Below, piece by piece: positions 58,159-64,000 of a stretch of DNA of 64,000 nucleotides. Under the pieces are notes generated by a model. That model did no database searches. It worked only from the letters and a program-made list of their open reading frames with translations, and was not told the origin of the DNA. The DNA comes from Bacteroidota bacterium. GTDB taxonomy: Bacteria > Bacteroidota > Bacteroidia > Bacteroidales > B39-G9. Made by a program: the position numbers and the translations under genes. Each line of letters opens with the position of its first letter. Within the stretch, counting starts at the first letter, position 1. The stretch lies in NCBI GenBank assembly GCA_015222055.1, contig JADFUR010000065.1:42176-106175 (forward strand), given 5' to 3'.

Positions 58159-59439
58159 TTATATTTTATATGCTGATTGTGTATTTGAAGTAGAAGAAAT
58201 AAAGTAACAATATTTTTGATTTCCGATATTATCCCAACCAATTACATTTCCTATATTATCTATTTTTGATAATATCAAATTAACAAATTTACTTTTTCCT
58301 ATTATTCTATAAGTAACTTTTGTTCTGTCATTTTTCTTTTTACTATGAGTAACTACAAAATGATTATTACTAAAACAATCTTGTTTGCAAATACTATCAA
58401 ATTTGGCACAACTTGTTGGAATAAGAGTTTTGTATGTACCTTTATTTTCTTGAATAAACCTATTTGTCTGTTTATTTAGAAGTATTGGCATATAATCAAC
58501 TTCTATTTTCTTTGTTACGTCAAGCATTAATAAAAGCCCTTCATTATTCAGATATTTTGCAAAATGGTTATAGAAATTGAAATATGAATCTCTGTCTTTT
58601 GTAATTATTTCATTTATCATCTTTGATGAAATAATGAAATCAAAATTTGGTTCAAAAAATTGCTTTGAGTTCTCATATAAATCTGTTATCGTTTCAAAAG
58701 CAACATAATGACAATTAAGACTTATGTTTAAATTATATTTTAATTGAATATGAAATACTATCTTTTCAAGGAATTTTAACGCTTCTTTGTTTCCATCAAC
58801 TGCAACAATATTGAAGTTAGCTTTTTTTGAAATATTTTCAATCAGGCTTAGTAGTAGTCCTGATAAATTTCCGCCAGTACCTGAACCAATATCAAGTATG
58901 TTAATTTCTTCTTGTTCTTGATATGATTTTTCAATTATTTCATTTTGTATAATATTATTGAATATGGAATACGTTTCAGCAAAACTTCTTGGGAAATATG
59001 TACCTATATAAATTAGAACATCCCCTTTTTTATGGTTTAAGTTTTTGTTGAATTTTTTAAAATTGGGTGCGAAGCTTGCATTTAATTTATTAAAAATATA
59101 ATCATCTATGAATTTAGGTAACGTAATATCCTTTTGTAATTCTTTTGACTTAAGCTTTTTTATAGATTTAATGGTTCTTCCATTTGCTCCAACAAACCAA
59201 AATATTTTTCGTGAAGTTTGTTGTACTTCCTTGTTTAAGAATTTTGATAATTTTCCAATTTGTTCTTGCTCAATTTTCTTTTCAAGTAATTCAATCTCAC
59301 ATAAAAAATCAAATTGGCTTTCAGAATATTCAATTGATTCTTCTTTTGAAAAAACAGATATATGTAATTCAGAATCCCCAAAAATTATTTTGGAAATTTC
59401 TTTTACATTGTTTTCTAATATCTGCTTTTCGTTTCTCAT
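58159..59439 (-). CDS. Class I SAM-dependent methyltransferase-like protein with ~180-aa unknown N-terminal region (gene 1 of candidate system)
   Basis: Motif I INILDIGSGTGGN, acidic beta-2 end VAVDGN, FDFIISS, LLLMLDV. No NPPY/DPPY/SPPY or PC-type DNA-methyltransferase catalytic motif. Confidence 0.7.
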   Translation of the reverse strand: MRNEKQILENNVKEISKIIFGDSELHISVFSKEESIEYSESQFDFLCEIELLEKKIEQEQIGKLSKFLNKEVQQTSRKIFWFVGANGRTIKSIKKLKSKELQKDITLPKFIDDYIFNKLNASFAPNFKKFNKNLNHKKGDVLIYIGTYFPRSFAETYSIFNNIIQNEIIEKSYQEQEEINILDIGSGTGGNLSGLLLSLIENISKKANFNIVAVDGNKEALKFLEKIVFHIQLKYNLNISLNCHYVAFETITDLYENSKQFFEPNFDFIISSKMINEIITKDRDSYFNFYNHFAKYLNNEGLLLMLDVTKKIEVDYMPILLNKQTNRFIQENKGTYKTLIPTSCAKFDSICKQDCFSNNHFVVTHSKKKNDRTKVTYRIIGKSKFVNLILSKIDNIGNVIGWDNIGNQKYCYFISSTSNTQSAYKI

Positions 59440-59497
59440 TATTTTAATTCAATTTTTCTGTCTATTCGGGTCTTTCTTTGTATGAACGCCAACACTT

Positions 59498-59525
59498 AAA
59501 TAAGACACCCCAGTGTATCTTATTT
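59498..59525 (+). repeat. 28-nt hairpin motif, copy 2 (aaataagacaccccagtgtatcttattt)
   Basis: 25/28 identical to 44612-44639 in the same orientation. Lies 59-86 nt upstream of the start of the four-gene operon, which is on the opposite strand. Confidence 0.75.
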
Positions 59526-59799
59526 CCTTTATAAGTTTATTTCAATTTACATCAAATCTTATAAGAAAGTAAATTTATAAAAAAATAAACTATTGTGCGG
59601 CTTCTTGTGAATGTTAAAAAACAGAAATTGATTTTCAATTTCTAAAATAATTATTTTAAAATTCTTGAGTATTTATCATTTAAAAAAAAACTGTATCAAT
59701 TATAAAACGCCCAATCCCGTTTATTACAATTATAGTAATATAAGATTTGCCATTAAAAAGTGGCATGAACTTAAAAGCTGTAGAAAAAATTCGGTTTTT

Positions 59800-59970
59800 G
59801 ATATAACAAAGTGTAGCAAAAAAGGCTTTATTCTAGATACAGTTTTTTATTACTTTGGTAAATTTATAACTATTGTATGAGATAAAAAATATTTTTTCTG
59901 GATATTATTTGATTTCTGTGCATTAATTTTTTAAAAAAAAAGGCGAGTCATAGACTACACCAAGTAGGGG
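59800..59970. repeat. ~165-bp direct repeat, copy 1
   Basis: Shares a perfect 55-nt core (ggtaaatttataactattgtatgagataaaaaatattttttctggatattatttg, 59857-59911) and diverged flanks with 60610-60768. Confidence 0.85.
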
Positions 59971-60186
59971 TATAAAATTTGGCGGTATGAAACGTTGGGG
60001 ATTGCTAACTACTTTCCTTGTCCAGTTACAAAAAAATTTAAGCGGGCAGAAGTCTTTAAAAGCATTGCAATTCTAATAATTATTTTTATGCACGTTATTT
60101 ATATCCTTTTTCACTTAAAATACTATTAATTTTTCAATTTAATAGAGTACAAAATGAGTTCTTACAGTAGGATAATTTCAACTAGG

Positions 60187-60447
60187 TTAATCTGTTAGTT
60201 TCAATTTAACAAGTTGAGCAGTAACACCTTTCACTAAATTTAACTTTCTTTCAATTTCAACATGTTTGTCATTTTCGCCAGCTAATTCGATAAAAACCAG
60301 ACCAGTATTGGAACACTTATCAAGTATACCGTCATGAATACCCAAACGAATTTTTATATAACAGCCCCAACCGGTTAAAATTTTTTGTACTTTTTCGGCA
60401 GCTTCTCTACGTGTACTCATGTAAATTAATAAAATATTTTTTTCCAT
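60187..60447 (-). CDS. Small ACT/NikR-C-like protein (resembles TM1266-type 'iron-only hydrogenase system regulator' family)
   Basis: 86 aa. ILLIYMSTRREAAEKVQKILTGWGCYIKIRLGI...GLVFIELAG...LNLVKGVTAQLVKL fits a beta-alpha-beta-beta-alpha-beta small regulator. Family assignment is from memory only. Confidence 0.4.
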   Translation of the reverse strand: MEKNILLIYMSTRREAAEKVQKILTGWGCYIKIRLGIHDGILDKCSNTGLVFIELAGENDKHVEIERKLNLVKGVTAQLVKLKLTD

Positions 60448-60609
60448 AATTGTATTTTTTTAATTTATAAATAAATCATTATTAACAACTTTTTAGATAA
60501 AATGCTATTGAATAACTGTCGTTTTTACTTACTGCAACTGACAACTATTTTGAAATAATTTTTTTTATATCTATCCCTTTATTTTTCTTGTAACTCTATT
60601 TCAGTACGA

Positions 60610-60768
60610 GATATAACAAAAAAGCTTTGTTTTAGATACCATTTTTTACTACTCAGGTAAATTTATAACTATTGTATGAGATAAAAAATATTTTTTCTGG
60701 ATATTATTTGTTTGCGTCATTAATTTTTTCTAAAAAGGGGTAGTCAGTGACTACGCAACAAGCAGGGG
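60610..60768. repeat. ~165-bp direct repeat, copy 2
   Basis: The perfect 55-nt core is at 60656-60710. It lacks an 11-nt segment present in copy 1. Confidence 0.85.
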
Positions 60769-60772
60769 AACT

Positions 60773-60808
60773 AAAAAAAAATGGTGCAAGCGAAAACGCT
60801 TGCACCAT
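60773..60808 (-). terminator. Rho-independent terminator of the UvrD/PcrA gene
   Basis: Minus strand: atggtgcaagcg-tttt-cgcttgcaccat followed by T8, 23 nt past the stop. Confidence 0.8.
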
Positions 60809-60830
60809 TTTAAATTTTACTTTAAAAAAA

Positions 60831-63167
60831 TCAATATCTTAAAATTCTCAATTTAGCAAATTTCAACAACAGTTCCTTCTGACCTGATTTTTGAAAAAAC
60901 ACCTTTGCTTTAATGTTTGGGAATTCTCCTTCGAGGCTAATTACTTTTCCAGCACCAAAACGCTGATGTTCGACATTCATTCCCATTTGAATTTTTTTCG
61001 GGTCGTCAGCAACAAAACCTTCATCAGCTACTCTCTTAGGTTTAGCATCTTGCAATTTAGTGAATTTTTTATCAGGTTCTATGCTTACTGTTGATGGTTT
61101 TGCCTTTGAGGCATTTGACTTATTCTTGTAATTATATTTAGGTTTAAATTTGGGTTTAAAATCATTAAAATCAGTATTCTCTTGTTTAATATCAGATTCT
61201 TCTTCAGGCATTTCTAAATATTTGACATCAATATCCTTTATAAAACGACTTGGACGACAATCTGACAACACACCCCATTTGTAACGATTTAAAGCATATG
61301 AAATTTGAACTTGTGTCTCTGCACGTGTTATCGCAACATAAAACAATCTTCGCTCCTCTTCTAATTCCTGTCTTGTCGCTGTTGACATGTGCGAAGGAAA
61401 AAGCTCTTCCTCAACTCCAACAATAAATACATATTTAAACTCCAAACCTTTGGCAGAATGGATTGTCATTAAAGCAACTTTATTAAAATCTTCCTCTTTT
61501 TCATTATCAACATTTGTGAGCAATGATACATTTTGCAGATATTGGTCAAGAGTTACCAGCTTATCTTTATTCTCGTCATTCTCTTCAAAATCTTTAATAG
61601 CATTTAAAAGTTCTTGAATATTATCCTGTTTAACAATGTTTTCTGACGATTTTTCAGCACTCAAATCATTTATTATTCCTGATGTTTTTGCTATTGAATA
61701 TGCAAAATCGTAAGCTGATGTTTCTAATGCTTTATCTGAATTTTCTTTAATAAAATTTATAAAATTATTTATTTTAAGAAATGCTCCTTGGTTAATTTCT
61801 AATCCGTATTTTTGAGCATTAACTGCAATATCCCAAAGGTTCAAATTATTATTATTGGCCGCCAATGTTATTTTGGTAAAAGTTGTTTTGCCTATTCCTC
61901 GTGCAGGATAATTAATTATTCGCTTAAACGATTCATTATCGTTATGGTTAACAATAAGTCTGAAATATGCAATCAAATCTTTTATTTCCTTACGTTGATA
62001 AAAAGATTGTCCTCCGTAAATTTTGTAGGGAATATCAAACTTTCTAAACGATTCTTCAAAAACCCGCGACTGAGCATTTGTTCTATATAATATTGCAAAA
62101 TCTTTATAATCAATGTGTTTATCTAATTTTGTGTTAATTATTGAACTAGCTACTTCAAAGCCTTCTTCTTTATCTGTAAGAGCTCTAACAACTTTTATCT
62201 TCTCACCTTGTTCCTTTTTGCTAAAGACAACTTTTTCAATCTGGTCTTTATTCTTTTTTATCAAACTATTTGCTGCATCTACAATAGTTTGCGACGAGCG
62301 ATAATTCTGTTCAAGTTTAAAAAGCTTATATTCAGGGTAATCATTTCTGAAATTTAAGATATTCTCAATTTTAGCACCTCTAAAAGAGTAAATACTTTGA
62401 GCATCATCTCCAACAACACAAATATTTTTATGCTTTTCTGCTAATTTTTTGACAATCAAATATTGAGAAAAATTAGTATCCTGATACTCATCAACAAGAA
62501 TATAAGAAAACTTTTTTTGGTATTTATTAAGTACTTCGGGGGAATTACGAAACAAAATATTAGTATTCAACAACAAATCGTCGAAATCCATTGCATCTGC
62601 TCTTTTGCACTTACTTGAATAAATTTCATAGATACGAGCTATTTCAGGTTTGTTGCTACTTCTGTCACGTTCAATTACTTGTGCATTACTTTTATACGCA
62701 TCAGCAGTAATTAAATTATTTTTAGCTGATGATATTCTGTTTAAAACAGCATTAACAGGATATTCTTTTTCATCAAGATGTAAATCTTTAATTATTGATT
62801 TTATAAGACTTTTAGAATCGGCTGAATCATAAATCGTATAATTAGAAGTAAATCCTAGTTTATCAGCTTCGAACCGTAAAATCTTAGAAAAAATTGAGTG
62901 AAAAGTACCCATCCATAAATTTCTGGAAGCATCACTACCTACCAACGACACAATACGTTCTTTCATTTCTTTTGCAGCTTTGTTGGTAAAAGTTAAAGCT
63001 AAAATTGAATTTGAATAAACACCTAATGTCAATAAATGTGCAATTCGATAAGTCAAAACCCTTGTTTTTCCTGAGCCTGCACCGGCTATGACCAATTCTG
63101 GCCCTTTAACATTTGTTACCGCTTCACGTTGCACACTGTTTAATTCTTCTAAATAGCTCTTATCCAC
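60831..63167 (-). CDS. pcrA: ATP-dependent DNA helicase, UvrD/PcrA family
   Basis: AGAGSGKTRVLTYRIAHL, LTFTNKAAKEM, VDEYQDTN, GDDAQSIYSFRGA, QNYRS, HSAKGLEF, YVAITRA; 778 aa. Confidence 0.93.
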   Translation of the reverse strand: MDKSYLEELNSVQREAVTNVKGPELVIAGAGSGKTRVLTYRIAHLLTLGVYSNSILALTFTNKAAKEMKERIVSLVGSDASRNLWMGTFHSIFSKILRFEADKLGFTSNYTIYDSADSKSLIKSIIKDLHLDEKEYPVNAVLNRISSAKNNLITADAYKSNAQVIERDRSSNKPEIARIYEIYSSKCKRADAMDFDDLLLNTNILFRNSPEVLNKYQKKFSYILVDEYQDTNFSQYLIVKKLAEKHKNICVVGDDAQSIYSFRGAKIENILNFRNDYPEYKLFKLEQNYRSSQTIVDAANSLIKKNKDQIEKVVFSKKEQGEKIKVVRALTDKEEGFEVASSIINTKLDKHIDYKDFAILYRTNAQSRVFEESFRKFDIPYKIYGGQSFYQRKEIKDLIAYFRLIVNHNDNESFKRIINYPARGIGKTTFTKITLAANNNNLNLWDIAVNAQKYGLEINQGAFLKINNFINFIKENSDKALETSAYDFAYSIAKTSGIINDLSAEKSSENIVKQDNIQELLNAIKDFEENDENKDKLVTLDQYLQNVSLLTNVDNEKEEDFNKVALMTIHSAKGLEFKYVFIVGVEEELFPSHMSTATRQELEEERRLFYVAITRAETQVQISYALNRYKWGVLSDCRPSRFIKDIDVKYLEMPEEESDIKQENTDFNDFKPKFKPKYNYKNKSNASKAKPSTVSIEPDKKFTKLQDAKPKRVADEGFVADDPKKIQMGMNVEHQRFGAGKVISLEGEFPNIKAKVFFQKSGQKELLLKFAKLRILRY

Positions 63168-63477
63168 AATACTAATTATTTTTACATTAAAACTTCAAAA
63201 TTAACTATATTGAAAAAATATATATCAGAATAATCAATATATTTTTAAACAATTTATTTATTTTGTTTCTCTCTCATTTTCATTAAATTAACAAAAATTC
63301 AAAAGTAATTTGTTTATTACAAAATGTAATTTAACTAAATATTGTTTTTTTAATATGATGTTTTGATTATTTTCGCTTCAAAAAAAATCACTAATAGAAA
63401 ATATTCAAATATTATATGTCGTGTTTTGAAATAATTTAAAACACAAATCGTTATAGATAGGTAAAATAATTTTGTTA

Positions 63478-64000
63478 ATGAGAATATCAAAAATCATATT
63501 AATATTACTAATAATTCAATTATTGAATATTAATTTCATCAATGCACAAATAACATCTCCAAAATCAGATTACACTGACACAACTAAATACAACAATGTT
63601 GATTTACTTGGTGTTGACAGCATTTTTGTGTTTTATTCACCTCAAAAAAATGGATGGCCTGTTAGTGGCTCATTAACAGCAAAGTTAGATAAAATAAAAA
63701 AATTGGATTACATATGGAAAAAATTCAATTCTACTACATATAAATTCGATATTGATATAAAAACTGAGCTTGGTGTTGACTCTTCAATTGTTAATGATCT
63801 TGAAAGTGGAGGCTACCATGTTCAAATTACAAACGGAACAACTATTGATACAAGTTTTGTTGCTTGGCTTTATATAAATCATTTAAAAGTAGAAATTGAG
63901 TATGTCTCGACATGTGAAAATTTAGAGCTTTCAGGTATTAGCGGAGGCTTTCCTTTTTCTTATTATGATTTGCTTGACAGTAAAAAAATAACAATAAATA
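63478..64000 (+). CDS. Secreted protein of unknown function, 3' end beyond window
   Basis: Hand translation from the ATG at 63478 is open to the window end. MRISKIILILLIIQLLNINFINAQ is a signal peptide and beta-rich sequence follows. The ORF is missing from the track because it has no stop in the window. Confidence 0.6.
   Translation, partial: MRISKIILILLIIQLLNINFINAQITSPKSDYTDTTKYNNVDLLGVDSIFVFYSPQKNGWPVSGSLTAKLDKIKKLDYIWKKFNSTTYKFDIDIKTELGVDSSIVNDLESGGYHVQITNGTTIDTSFVAWLYINHLKVEIEYVSTCENLELSGISGGFPFSYYDLLDSKKITIN

Noticed and set aside
59665-59880. 71-aa plus-strand ORF upstream of the four-gene operon
   Set aside because: It is AT-rich and low-complexity, and it overlaps copy 1 of the 165-bp repeat. 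There is no homology signal.
40406-60830. A classical integrative island with attL/attR derived from tRNA-Pro
   Set aside because: I could not find a duplicated copy of the tRNA 3' end (ggtagttcgaatctactcaccccg) or any integrase/recombinase gene in the window, so the island boundaries remain unproven.

Overview
AT-rich (about 30% GC by eye) Bacteroidota chromosomal segment. No searches or computations were run, so all family names come from reading the translations.

Left two-thirds (1-40.3 kb): ordinary housekeeping genes (alaS, purC, murF, ispF, pncA, lysS, trxB, a SUI1-like factor, an SNF2 helicase). This part also holds one 14.6-kb gene for a ~4,870-aa surface protein sorted by the type IX secretion system (T9SS), and the conserved T9SS cluster gldJ / porP-sprF-like / porU / porV.

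Right third: the character changes after a tRNA-Pro(GGG) at 40.33 kb. It holds small cassettes separated by a ~200-bp repeat family, and a decayed P-loop ATPase gene fragment. A 13-kb block of eight co-directional minus-strand genes follows.

That block has two parts:
- (i) An uncharacterised, tightly packed four-gene operon at 53936-59439: a SAM-methyltransferase-like protein, a DUF1848 protein with a C-terminal CX3CX2C Fe-S motif, a minimal UvrD-like SF1 helicase, and a 708-aa protein with a topoisomerase-type zinc finger.
- (ii) A type I R-M operon at 46548-53508. A GIY-YIG nuclease domain is joined in frame to hsdS through GC-rich tandem repeats. An unknown 214-aa gene is translationally coupled to hsdR. 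hsdR itself carries in-frame GC-rich repeat insertions.

The four-gene operon is my best candidate for an undescribed defence or DNA-modification system. Intergenic regions throughout are full of short hairpin repeats that create spurious ORFs.
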